From: a virus
IMG/VR virus record: IMGVR_UViG_3300046542_000291
Coordinates: 51,641 to 115,640 of that record
Length of the DNA: 64,000 nt
Strand: one strand, 5' to 3'
The stretch's first letter is position 1; each line of letters starts with the position of its first letter. Of this stretch, positions 35,456 to 43,841 are shown piece by piece. The notes under the pieces are model-generated. The model saw nothing but the letters and a program-made list of their open reading frames with translations, was not told the DNA's origin and made no database searches. The position numbers were made by a program, and so were the translations under genes.

Positions 35456-35890
35456 TTATTCGCTAACGCGTAAAGGTACAGCGTACTTCGAGTTTTCGTT
35501 GAGAGCGCAGCGATTCTGCATTTCCAGGCCGAAAGCTTCTGGGGTTTTGTAACCAGCCTTCACCCGTTCCTTGACATTCTTATCAGTCAGAATCGTGTAG
35601 AAGTTATCGACCGCTGCAACCAACATGGCGTGTGCCAGGTATTGTGGATCGTCGTTCAGTACTTCGACCGAGTTGGTGGCTGTTTGCAGTTGCTCACTGA
35701 TTGACTCCAGTGGAACTTCTTCCACCAGTTGCCCACCGATAGTAACCGCCATGTCACGTACGACCGCACAGACTGGAGCCGTTACCAGCATCTCCGTTCT
35801 TTCGGTCGGTGAGATACCCGTGTAGATCTTTACTTCAGCGTGCGCAGGTTGCATGGTAAGTGCAGCTGCCATTACGAGACTAAGCATCAT
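35456..35890 (-). CDS. secreted/periplasmic protein (about 144 aa), paralogue of 34966..35418
   Basis: ORF-track ORF trimmed to MMLSLVMAAALTMQPAHA signal peptide; start overlaps upstream stop. Confidence 0.5.
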   Translation of the reverse strand: MMLSLVMAAALTMQPAHAEVKIYTGISPTERTEMLVTAPVCAVVRDMAVTIGGQLVEEVPLESISEQLQTATNSVEVLNDDPQYLAHAMLVAAVDNFYTILTDKNVKERVKAGYKTPEAFGLEMQNRCALNENSKYAVPLRVSE

Positions 35891-36338
35891 GTTCAGTACT
35901 CTCTTCTTTGGGGACGTACACGAAGGCATCCAGGTTAAAGCAGATAGCTTGGATGTCCATTCTTTTGGCCTCAATCTGGCGAGCTTCATGCTCAATCTGA
36001 GACCGGTTGGGGTTTCCCTTGAACAGGGTCATTTCAATGTGCCACCCCATTTGTTTCAGGCGGAACACCAGATGACGTGGCCCGTTGTACGGATCGATCT
36101 TTTGTGGCTGACCTGTTTCCAGTTCAATCACCTTCAGGTAGTGCTCGTAATGGGCACGAACCAGATCCTGACCACCAACTTCGTGACCATTGATGATTAC
36201 CCACAGGCAAGGCTTGCAGTTGTTGAACGGTGTTTCTGCTTTCACACACAGCGAACGTGTAAACAGATCCGTTGAACTGAGGAACTTGTCGCCGTACAGC
36301 TCGCCCAAGATCTTTGGGGTATTGATGAAGTTCTTCAT
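35880..36338 (-). CDS. hypothetical protein (152 aa)
   Basis: ORF-track ORF. Confidence 0.55.
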   Translation of the reverse strand: MKNFINTPKILGELYGDKFLSSTDLFTRSLCVKAETPFNNCKPCLWVIINGHEVGGQDLVRAHYEHYLKVIELETGQPQKIDPYNGPRHLVFRLKQMGWHIEMTLFKGNPNRSQIEHEARQIEAKRMDIQAICFNLDAFVYVPKEESTEHDA

Positions 36339-36643
36339 TGTACTTCCTTCTTTGCGGATATCAATACTTCGTTTTTCACTTGAAGCTCTTTGTTCTCGGT
36401 GACCAGCATCGCCACAAAGAAAAGAACCGTGAGTGCTGCAACAGGCTTAAGTACGGTCATCCCCACCCGGACGAATGACATTGACTTCTTAATGGGACGT
36501 TCAGCCTCCAGCCCATCGAAGTTGTACTTGAAAAGCTTATGTCGTAAAATCACAGCGTCAATGAGCAAGCCCGCCACAAAGATCAGGGTGATCAAACCGA
36601 AGCTGATAAAGAACACTTGTGCATACGGGATTTGGTCACTCAT
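36335..36643 (-). CDS. membrane protein (102 aa)
   Basis: ORF-track ORF; TM helices. Confidence 0.5.
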   Translation of the reverse strand: MSDQIPYAQVFFISFGLITLIFVAGLLIDAVILRHKLFKYNFDGLEAERPIKKSMSFVRVGMTVLKPVAALTVLFFVAMLVTENKELQVKNEVLISAKKEVQ

Positions 36644-36999
36644 TTTGGGCAGATATCCTTGAGGTTAATAGCAGCTGGCTTTTCCACACCCACCAGTTGG
36701 GAGGTCAGGAGCTGGTTACTTTCGAGCAGACGTTCGTTTTTCTCGATAAGCCCCCGAACATACAGCATGTTGAAAGTCACCAATCCGAAGAACAACATGA
36801 ACGAGGCGGCAATCGTACAAGTGCGGCCCAAGTCAATCATGGACTGCCAACGTTCTTCAAGAAGGTTGAATGTGTAATTAACCTTCTTACCCTGCGATCT
36901 GGTGTGGGATAGCTGGAGCTTAGCGTAGAACCACATCACCCCACCGAAGAAAAAGATAAGGCATGCAACGGTAAAAGCAATTGCAAACAAAAGAGGCAT
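36640..36999 (-). CDS. membrane protein (119 aa)
   Basis: ORF-track ORF; TM helices. Confidence 0.5.
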   Translation of the reverse strand: MPLLFAIAFTVACLIFFFGGVMWFYAKLQLSHTRSQGKKVNYTFNLLEERWQSMIDLGRTCTIAASFMLFFGLVTFNMLYVRGLIEKNERLLESNQLLTSQLVGVEKPAAINLKDICPK

Positions 37000-37025
37000 A
37001 ACGCATTCCTATTAGACGGTTAGAA

Positions 37026-37046
37026 AGGGTTCCCCGAAGGGAACCC
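37026..37046 (-). terminator. UUCG-loop hairpin GGGTTCCC-CGAA-GGGAACCC
   Basis: Hairpin family; after the stop of the 37055..38431 gene. Confidence 0.5.
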
Positions 37047-37054
37047 AGTATAGA

Positions 37055-38431
37055 TCAATCGATTGGGGTACCTTCGTCATCGTTGTCAGGTTCACCAGCA
37101 ACGACGTAGTCCAGATGGATGGCCACCTTAGACCCGTACGGTGATTGACGGCACAGTTCCCAAGCCCCATTACAGGTGGGTTTGTCACTGACAAACTTGA
37201 AACCCAGATCGTAGAGGTACTTCACAACCGGATCTTCCAGTTGCTTCTCGTGGATAGGTTTCAGGTTAATCCACCACGTGCGGTTGTTACGCCCTTCCGG
37301 CAAACGGAACTCCAAAAGAGTGTGGGCCAATGGAGCAGTGATCTCAATCACTTCGCCATTCCGCAGGGTAGTGCCTTGACGCTTCACGTGATCAGCCAGC
37401 CCGGTAGGAACAACGTTGCGGGTCATCAGGTAACCCTGAGTGATCGATGCAATGTCATTGGCTACGTAGCTGTGGAACTCCTCCGATTGGAACATGTCGC
37501 AGATACTGAGACGAACCATATCGGTGGACAGACGTTCGAAGTCAGAGTCGTAGTTCATGCGAATCTCATTAAGACGATTCTCCATGTACTCGATTTCGAC
37601 GTCGGTTTGACTTTCTTCGTGAAGCTTCCGCAACCAGTTAGGCATTTCACCGTAGCGGCGAGAGATGAGGTGTGTCAACAAACGTAACGGACCGATATGA
37701 GAGACGCCGCCGGTCGACTTGTGGATCACGCGCAACATGCTCAGCAACTTGTCTTCAGTGATACCGAGATGATCGGCTACGCAGTTGAAACGCACCGAGA
37801 CACTGAACGCAGCGCGCTCAACCAGGTAGTTGTGCAGTTGCATGAACAAGTTCTGGTTCCGTGACATGGCTTCAGCATGAGCCATGGTGTCGACTTCGAT
37901 GATCGGATCTTCAACACGATCCCAGCCATCACCAGGAATGTCATCAAGCGAAGTACCAAAACTGTCATCCTCTGGAGGAGCGTCAGTCAGTTGTGGCGTA
38001 CCGCCACTGGCGAGTACGTGACGAACATCCCAGAGAGGCTGGTGAAGCATGTCGTGGAGATCCTTTGGGTCAGGAATAGCCATTGCCTGAACTTGAAGGA
38101 TCTTTAGCGAGTTGATGAGTTGGGTGTAGAAGCCCCCGTCAGTCAAGCTTTCTGGCAAGAGACGGGCTACCCAACCAGGGCGCTGGTCAGTACCGGTACG
38201 GTAACCGATGAGCGCCAAAGCGGCGCATGTACTGGTGAAACGACTTGCACTGAAGTATTGGAACATTTCCTGCACTGTCGTTTCGACTGTGAGGATAGAC
38301 AAATCAACCTGGTTGGCAAGCTCATCCATGGTGATTGGTGACAATGTCTTGACCCGGGGTGCCAGGATGGTGATAATGGCGATAGCGGTTTGTGTAAGCT
38401 TGCCAAGGTGTTCATTAGACAGCATGTGCAT
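37055..38431 (-). CDS. large hypothetical protein (458 aa)
   Basis: ORF-track 37055..38503 trimmed to ATG with AGGAG RBS; no motif recognised. Confidence 0.6.
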   Translation of the reverse strand: MHMLSNEHLGKLTQTAIAIITILAPRVKTLSPITMDELANQVDLSILTVETTVQEMFQYFSASRFTSTCAALALIGYRTGTDQRPGWVARLLPESLTDGGFYTQLINSLKILQVQAMAIPDPKDLHDMLHQPLWDVRHVLASGGTPQLTDAPPEDDSFGTSLDDIPGDGWDRVEDPIIEVDTMAHAEAMSRNQNLFMQLHNYLVERAAFSVSVRFNCVADHLGITEDKLLSMLRVIHKSTGGVSHIGPLRLLTHLISRRYGEMPNWLRKLHEESQTDVEIEYMENRLNEIRMNYDSDFERLSTDMVRLSICDMFQSEEFHSYVANDIASITQGYLMTRNVVPTGLADHVKRQGTTLRNGEVIEITAPLAHTLLEFRLPEGRNNRTWWINLKPIHEKQLEDPVVKYLYDLGFKFVSDKPTCNGAWELCRQSPYGSKVAIHLDYVVAGEPDNDDEGTPID

Positions 38432-38535
38432 TTGAAACTCCTGCCCGTTGGGGCTCAGGGTATAAAAGAAAAGCAGTTGTGCCTTTCTTTGAAATGTAGC
38501 CAAGCTGTTGAGCTATGGCTACAGTATTACGGATC

Positions 38536-38979
38536 TCAGTAGAATTTACCTATGGTAATGCGATTGAGGATGTTTTCAAATAACTCCTCTTTGATGTCCA
38601 GTAACCAGACAGCCCGGTATCGGAAACCTGGGCGAGGTTCCAACTCGATCTTGATGAAATCAATATCAAGCACTTCAGGTGGAACACGGCAATGATGCCG
38701 GACAACCGAGAGAGGTGGCAAGTCTTCGTTGGTGTAGAAGAGACGCCACGTTCCATCCGTTGCCATGGTTTGCGACAGCGTTGTAGATAACTGCCCTTTC
38801 TTCCAACCTGGAATCTGACAGTTCATTGTTTTGTAACCATCCCCTGTTGAAAGAGGATGTATCCGACGAATGGTAGCGATTGCAGCTATCGCTTCGTTCT
38901 GGAAGTGGTACTCTACAGCCTTAGCCCCGAGTAGCATCTTCTTCAACCAATCCTCGGTTCGCTTATCGAGATGGTCCAT
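38536..38979 (-). CDS. hypothetical protein (about 147 aa; start uncertain)
   Basis: ORF-track 38536..39132. An upstream small membrane ORF overlaps the long N-terminal extension, so an internal start was chosen. Confidence 0.45.
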   Translation of the reverse strand: MDHLDKRTEDWLKKMLLGAKAVEYHFQNEAIAAIATIRRIHPLSTGDGYKTMNCQIPGWKKGQLSTTLSQTMATDGTWRLFYTNEDLPPLSVVRHHCRVPPEVLDIDFIKIELEPRPGFRYRAVWLLDIKEELFENILNRITIGKFY

Positions 38980-38995
38980 GTGTGTAGCCCTAGTT

Positions 38996-39199
38996 TCAAG
39001 AAAAGAAAGAACACGGTACAGTACCCAGCCGGTATGAAACGATTTGTGTAACAACCCACGAACCCAAGATTGCCCAGCTTGCATTCTTGTAGTTTTCTTT
39101 CGATGGGTTTTTGCTGAACAGGTAGCAAACAAAGAACAGCACGAGCATCGACCACACCCAAAGGATGAGACCGATATCAGACAACAGTGTAGGGTTCAA
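38996..39199 (-). CDS. small membrane protein (67 aa)
   Basis: ORF-track ORF; two TM helices. Confidence 0.45.
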   Translation of the reverse strand: MNPTLLSDIGLILWVWSMLVLFFVCYLFSKNPSKENYKNASWAILGSWVVTQIVSYRLGTVPCSFFS

Positions 39200-39228
39200 T
39201 TTAGATTGGACCTATAAAGGGTGAGGGT

Positions 39229-39651
39229 TTATGCAGCGGTCCAGCGTTTATACGTGCTGACTGGGTAAGCATCGCCAGCCCAGGTCATGTCGCTTTGCAT
39301 CTTTTCAACCAGCGCACAGATACGCGTGGCCACCATACGCTTGCTGATTGGACGGATACGATCTGGATTGTCCAGAACTTCCATCCCAGTAACAGTAGTG
39401 CGGGCCATTACGTGGAAACGGAAAGTCTCCAGCTCAGCACTTGCCGTGCTTTTAATGGTGATGTCGACGTGCTTCAAGTTATCGGTGTCTTTGAACACCG
39501 ACTGAACCACAAACGTCAATACCGTTTTGTTGATGGTGAAGGTTGTGTTGAACAGCTGATGTTTCTCCAACGCTGCGGAATAGCCTTCACGCAGCAGCGC
39601 CTCTAAAGCAGTCATTGCAATGGAGGTGAACATCTTGTTAGTAAACGACAT
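39229..39651 (-). CDS. hypothetical protein (140 aa), paralogue of 42182..42667
   Basis: Shared blocks TALEALLREGYSAALEKHQLFNT / DTDNLKHVDITIKSTAS with 42182..42667. Confidence 0.55.
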   Translation of the reverse strand: MSFTNKMFTSIAMTALEALLREGYSAALEKHQLFNTTFTINKTVLTFVVQSVFKDTDNLKHVDITIKSTASAELETFRFHVMARTTVTGMEVLDNPDRIRPISKRMVATRICALVEKMQSDMTWAGDAYPVSTYKRWTAA

Positions 39652-39681
39652 AACTCTTTTCCTTGGATTGTGGGTAGTGCT

Positions 39682-40182
39682 TTACAGCGGTAGGTTTCGT
39701 ACAACAAGTTCAGTTGGAACCGTCTTGCCGGGTTTGAGTGAACCGTCAGTTTCATAACGGTCCATGATTTCCATCATGTAGTACTGGAACGCCAGTTGGG
39801 TAGACATCATCCAACCTGCACCTTTGTCGCCAAACCAGGCCGATTCGGCATGCTGGACAATGAAGTTAGCATCGACTTGAAAGCGAACAGTGTGACTGAG
39901 CTTGCTACCTCGACGACCGGTACGGGTGAAGTCAAAGAAGTGTCCGTGCTCATTACTGAACGCCACGCTGAAACGGAACGACTCAGCTGACTCCGAGGTT
40001 TCACGATCCAACACAGGCATCAACCCACCCAGCATGACCAGGTAACCATGCTGGAGAACAATGTCCAACGTAGCCCTCATGTTTGCCAGGACCATGTTTT
40101 GTACCGGGTTGGAAGCGAGCATTTCTTTGTACTCGAGTTCCGTTCCTTTGAAGCCACAGGCTACCGCTTTTACATAGTCCAT
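39682..40182 (-). CDS. hypothetical protein (166 aa), possibly distantly related to 39229/42182
   Basis: ORF-track ORF; weak similarity over the first ~60 aa. Confidence 0.5.
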   Translation of the reverse strand: MDYVKAVACGFKGTELEYKEMLASNPVQNMVLANMRATLDIVLQHGYLVMLGGLMPVLDRETSESAESFRFSVAFSNEHGHFFDFTRTGRRGSKLSHTVRFQVDANFIVQHAESAWFGDKGAGWMMSTQLAFQYYMMEIMDRYETDGSLKPGKTVPTELVVRNLPL

Positions 40183-40394
40183 GTCAACCCCTTTTCTGCA
40201 ATGATTTCTTTGAAGTACGACATCATTTTTTCGTCGTACACGTCGAATCGGTCGGCGATGTGCAGTGCAGCCATCGTAACGCTCATGCCGTCATTCTTGA
40301 CGTACTTGCGGATGAGGTCGTATTTGAAGATTTGGCACGCGGCATTCCATGGTATCTCGATACCTTTCTCGGGAACAACTTTGTTATTGCTCAT
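40170..40394 (-). CDS. hypothetical protein (74 aa)
   Basis: ORF-track ORF. Confidence 0.45.
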   Translation of the reverse strand: MSNNKVVPEKGIEIPWNAACQIFKYDLIRKYVKNDGMSVTMAALHIADRFDVYDEKMMSYFKEIIAEKGLTWTM

Positions 40395-40395
40395 A

Positions 40396-40788
40396 TCAAC
40401 CTTCTGCTGGGTAGATTATTTCAGTAACGTAGTCGGCGAAGAGTTCAGGGATAAACTTCAGGAAGTCCCAGTCTTCATCAGCCACTTCGTCAACTTCTTT
40501 GAAATCATGGAACTTGACGTTACGGCATTGGTTGTTACCCACCACGTCGAAGTCAAACGAGAAGCCGTGACCGGTTTCATCATCCAGTACAATTACCTTG
40601 ATGATGCGGCGAATCAAACGACCCACGCCATTGATGGCGCTGATCGAGATGTGGTAACCGTCGGTGTGTTCGAAGATTGGGGTATCGTTGATTGCGTCGG
40701 TGTTCTTGTCACCCAGACGAGCACCGATTGCAGCAATGGAATCTTTGATCAGCATGAAGCGAGTACGGCGATGAGAATTCAGGTCCAT
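40396..40788 (-). CDS. hypothetical protein (130 aa)
   Basis: ORF-track ORF. Confidence 0.5.
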   Translation of the reverse strand: MDLNSHRRTRFMLIKDSIAAIGARLGDKNTDAINDTPIFEHTDGYHISISAINGVGRLIRRIIKVIVLDDETGHGFSFDFDVVGNNQCRNVKFHDFKEVDEVADEDWDFLKFIPELFADYVTEIIYPAEG

Positions 40789-40831
40789 GGTGTTGCTCCT
40801 TGTTTATGAATTAAGTATAACAGCTTTTCAG

Positions 40832-41149
40832 TTAGATAGCACTATCTACTGCGCCGTTTGTGTTGAAGTCCAGAATGAACTGCATGTCAGGCATTACGTG
40901 GGTGAAAGCCCAATCGGGTTCGGTGCCTTCTGGGAAGCGGCTGAAGGTAAACGTCCCAGCCTCTTTATTCGGCTCGACCAGTTCGCCGGTAACCAACCAG
41001 AGGCGATCTTTCTTGTCGTCACCCTGAACAGTGTACGCGTGTGCGAAGATAGGTTCAAGCCAGTTCACAGCAATTTCAGTGATGTTGTTACCCAACACCA
41101 AGGATACGAATTTGAGATGCTCAGCAAGGATTTCGGGATCTTTGTTCAT
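40832..41149 (-). CDS. hypothetical protein (105 aa)
   Basis: ORF-track 40832..41245 trimmed to the ATG downstream of the hairpin at 41167. Confidence 0.45.
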   Translation of the reverse strand: MNKDPEILAEHLKFVSLVLGNNITEIAVNWLEPIFAHAYTVQGDDKKDRLWLVTGELVEPNKEAGTFTFSRFPEGTEPDWAFTHVMPDMQFILDFNTNGAVDSAI

Positions 41150-41166
41150 GTTGTTCTCAAAGAAAA

Positions 41167-41182
41167 GGGCCCCGAAGGGCCC
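41167..41182 (-). terminator. UUCG-loop hairpin GGGCC-CCGAA-GGGCCC
   Basis: Hairpin family; between 41188..41556 and the next gene. Confidence 0.45.
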
Positions 41183-41187
41183 GTAGA

Positions 41188-41556
41188 TTAATCGTCGCAG
41201 AGAATGCCGATGGAATCGTAGAAGCAAGCGGATGCAGAGCTCCACGATGTACCGTAGAAGCTCTCCAGATCCTCTTCAGAGGCGTTCTTTGTCAGCTCGG
41301 CATACATTGCCTTACCCAGACCAGTACGGCGCGCCTCTGGGCTTACGTAAGACATTACCCAGTAACGGCAGTGAAGCATTACAGCTACCGGTTTGCCATC
41401 CTTCATGGCCAACACGCTGTCTGTCGAAGGGATGTGAAAGTCGTCAGCTAATACCCGGCGAAGAATGAAGCTACGACCCGGGGTGTCTTTGCAGTGCAAG
41501 CCAGCTTCCAGTGCCAGCTGAAGTTTCTCTTCATGAGAGCCTTGATGAAATTCCAT
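41188..41556 (-). CDS. small GNAT-family acetyltransferase-like protein (122 aa)
   Basis: Segment VSPEARRTGLGKAMYAEL matches the GNAT acetyl-CoA-binding motif A (R-x-x-G-x-G/A). Confidence 0.5.
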   Translation of the reverse strand: MEFHQGSHEEKLQLALEAGLHCKDTPGRSFILRRVLADDFHIPSTDSVLAMKDGKPVAVMLHCRYWVMSYVSPEARRTGLGKAMYAELTKNASEEDLESFYGTSWSSASACFYDSIGILCDD

Positions 41557-41635
41557 GTTGATTTCCTAGTTGCGTTTTGATGTGGTGATTATACGGGTGT
41601 AACAAACAGTCGTCAAGCTTTTTATTGCTCCAAGA

Positions 41636-41658
41636 AAAGCCCCCTTTCGGAGGCCTTC
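41636..41658 (-). terminator. GAAA-loop hairpin (GCCTCC-GAAA-GGGGGC in minus sense) followed by T-run: intrinsic terminator
   Basis: 6-bp stem with one G-U, GNRA loop, TTTTCTT after it on the minus strand; directly after the stop of 41664..41864. Confidence 0.5.
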
Positions 41659-41663
41659 CTTAG

Positions 41664-41864
41664 TTACGCACTACGAAGAAGAGCTTCTTCCCGGAGAGCG
41701 TCCCGTTCCTTATCGGAGAGGCTAAATGCAGCCAGTACACGATCAACGGTTTCTTCGGCGGTGTCCTCGGATTCCCCGACTTCACCAACAGCCGCGCTGA
41801 CGATGGAGACCAGATACGAAACACGTACCTGAGTGGACTTGAACAGCAGCTCTTCGTATTTCAT
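41664..41864 (-). CDS. hypothetical acidic protein (66 aa)
   Basis: ORF-track ORF. Confidence 0.45.
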   Translation of the reverse strand: MKYEELLFKSTQVRVSYLVSIVSAAVGEVGESEDTAEETVDRVLAAFSLSDKERDALREEALLRSA

Positions 41865-41945
41865 TTACTTCTTCCTGTTTGCTTGTTTGGAGATTAGATT
41901 TTAAGGCATAGCTCAAGGGGAGTCAACCCTTTTCTTCAACTATTT

Positions 41946-42185
41946 TTATTCCTTACTGATAATGACGCATGAAGTTTCACGGCGGAGACGACCGTCTTCA
42001 GATACGCTCCGATTGCCAATGAGCTTCGTAGGCAAGCCTGCGTGTTGACCACGAGCGTAGTCTTGACACATAGGCAAGGCATCAGGTCCTTCGAACTGCA
42101 AGGTACCTGTCGCTACCATTCCCGGCGGGGGACTGGCCATGTTTCCGATTGTGGTGAGAACGGTGAAGAATGCAACCTTGATCAT
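41946..42185 (-). CDS. small secreted protein (79 aa)
   Basis: N-terminal signal-peptide-like segment. Confidence 0.45.
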   Translation of the reverse strand: MIKVAFFTVLTTIGNMASPPPGMVATGTLQFEGPDALPMCQDYARGQHAGLPTKLIGNRSVSEDGRLRRETSCVIISKE

Positions 42186-42667
42186 CGTCTGGTTCCTTTA
42201 CGGCTGACATTCCCACGGTCAGTGAGAATCTGGGTTAGAATGGATGAGGAGTAATACTGTATCTCTGTGTTGCGTGGTTCACCGTCGACGGTAAAGTCCT
42301 CGTAGATTTTGATGACCAGGTGAGTGAGTACCCGACTGATACGGGCGTAGTTGACCGGGTATGGCTTGAAGGAATCCTGTTGGATCGACAAGACAAACAC
42401 GTTATTGCTTTCTTGTGGGAAGTCCAGCTTTACAATTTCACTCCAACCACTGGTGTGTGCCAGTTGAATGGTAAGGAAGCGAAGGTTGTCTGTGTCATCG
42501 GCCTTTGCATCAGCCAGGATGGTGATCGAATAGTTAGCCTTGCCATCAGGCACGATAGTGTTGAACTTACCATGACGCAGGAACATATCTGCGTAGCCAG
42601 CCAACAGGATCTTTTGCAGAGCAAATTGTAGTTGCCCTAAGTGAATTTCTTTGCTAAACTCTTTCAT
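42182..42667 (-). CDS. hypothetical protein (161 aa), paralogue of 39229..39651; first gene after a promoter motif
   Basis: ORF-track ORF; 33 nt downstream of CTATATTAC. Confidence 0.55.
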   Translation of the reverse strand: MKEFSKEIHLGQLQFALQKILLAGYADMFLRHGKFNTIVPDGKANYSITILADAKADDTDNLRFLTIQLAHTSGWSEIVKLDFPQESNNVFVLSIQQDSFKPYPVNYARISRVLTHLVIKIYEDFTVDGEPRNTEIQYYSSSILTQILTDRGNVSRKGTRR

Positions 42668-42699
42668 ACTGCTTTATTTCCTGGGTTAGATTCACGAAA

Positions 42700-42708
42700 G
42701 TAATATAG
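42700..42708 (-). promoter_or_regulatory. conserved promoter-like motif CTATATTAC inside the duplicated 41-nt block
   Basis: Near-identical to 27071-27111. Confidence 0.55.
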
Positions 42709-42750
42709 GCTTTTAAAACGTTTGAATAGACAAAAAGAAAACGGCATACA

Positions 42751-42768
42751 CCAGCCCCGAAGGGCTGG
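42751..42768 (-). terminator. UUCG-loop hairpin CCAGCCC-CGAA-GGGCTGG(CTTATG)
   Basis: Hairpin family; after the stop of 42780..43124. Confidence 0.55.
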
Positions 42769-42779
42769 CTTATGTGAGC

Positions 42780-43124
42780 TTAACCTTCGACTGTTTCAAC
42801 ATCCAGGAAAAGCTTGACAGCATCACCGACTACGGGTAACATCTTGTCACTCACCAGAATGATGACATCGCCCGGGTAGAGCAAAGTGGTGTACTGGTGG
42901 TTGTCGCCATGGGTCAACTGCCAGACGACGTAGTCAACAGCGGCATCAGCCCGGAAGAAGACTTTATCCCGCGTCAGGACACGTTGAAAGTTTTCGAGAT
43001 CCAGACCAACTGTTGGGTAGAACTGTTGCCCGTCGGTCTCCCCATCCCCGCACACTTCGGCATGGCCGACTTGAAGACCAGAGTGGGTAGTACCGAATTT
43101 GTCTTTGATGATTACTTTAGTCAC
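42780..43124 (-). CDS. hypothetical protein (114 aa)
   Basis: ORF-track ORF. Confidence 0.5.
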   Translation of the reverse strand: MTKVIIKDKFGTTHSGLQVGHAEVCGDGETDGQQFYPTVGLDLENFQRVLTRDKVFFRADAAVDYVVWQLTHGDNHQYTTLLYPGDVIILVSDKMLPVVGDAVKLFLDVETVEG

Positions 43125-43136
43125 GACAACACTTCC

Positions 43137-43562
43137 TTACATTACGCGGAATTCACCGCTAGCCAGTTCAACGATCTTGATTTGCTCACCGCCACGGATC
43201 TGATGGTCCGCTGAAGCCGTTAGCATTTGGGTACTGCCATTGAAGCTGACCAGCAGGTTACACCCCCAGGTTTCTTTGCCCATGGAGTTACCAACCGCAC
43301 CGCCAGCCAAACCACCTGCGATACCACCCAGCAGGCCACCAGCACCTTTGCCGAATAACATCTTGCCAACGATAGCGCCACCCACAGCACCAACACCACC
43401 ACCCACTACCGTTTTGCCAGTAGTGTCTTCTTTGTTTACCAGTTGACACGATGCCGTATCAACGGTAGCATGAGTTACCGATTTGACGCCTTCTGCTTTG
43501 GCGCAGGCAGACAGCAACATTGCAGCAGTGGCTACCGCAACCAGCAGTACACGATTTTTCAT
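43137..43562 (-). CDS. glycine-zipper outer-membrane lipoprotein (SlyB/17-kDa-antigen-like), 141 aa
   Basis: Lipobox LLSA-C. Long Gly-x-x-x-Gly zipper (GGGVGAVGGAIVGKMLFGKGAGGLLGGIAGGLAGGAVG). Confidence 0.65.
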   Translation of the reverse strand: MKNRVLLVAVATAAMLLSACAKAEGVKSVTHATVDTASCQLVNKEDTTGKTVVGGGVGAVGGAIVGKMLFGKGAGGLLGGIAGGLAGGAVGNSMGKETWGCNLLVSFNGSTQMLTASADHQIRGGEQIKIVELASGEFRVM

Positions 43563-43571
43563 TTCAGTTCC

Positions 43572-43841
43572 TTAGTAGAGGATGAGTTTGACTTTTACAG
43601 CGTTGTAGGTGAACGTCCAGACTTCCCCTTCCGTTGTCCAGTGAGGACGCATGGTGATATCGACAGGTTGGTTAGGACGGGTAACGTTTCGGATATGCCG
43701 AAGCATTTCCTTCACGGAGGAATCGAAGAACAGATTCTCGTTTTCCACCGTACACTTCCAGTGCTTGGTACGGGTGAACGGAATTTTGATTGCATGACAC
43801 AACCAGATCCAGAAGATGTAAGGAATCGCCCAGAGACTCAT
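43572..43841 (-). CDS. membrane protein (89 aa)
   Basis: ORF-track ORF; N-terminal TM helix. Confidence 0.45.
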   Translation of the reverse strand: MSLWAIPYIFWIWLCHAIKIPFTRTKHWKCTVENENLFFDSSVKEMLRHIRNVTRPNQPVDITMRPHWTTEGEVWTFTYNAVKVKLILY

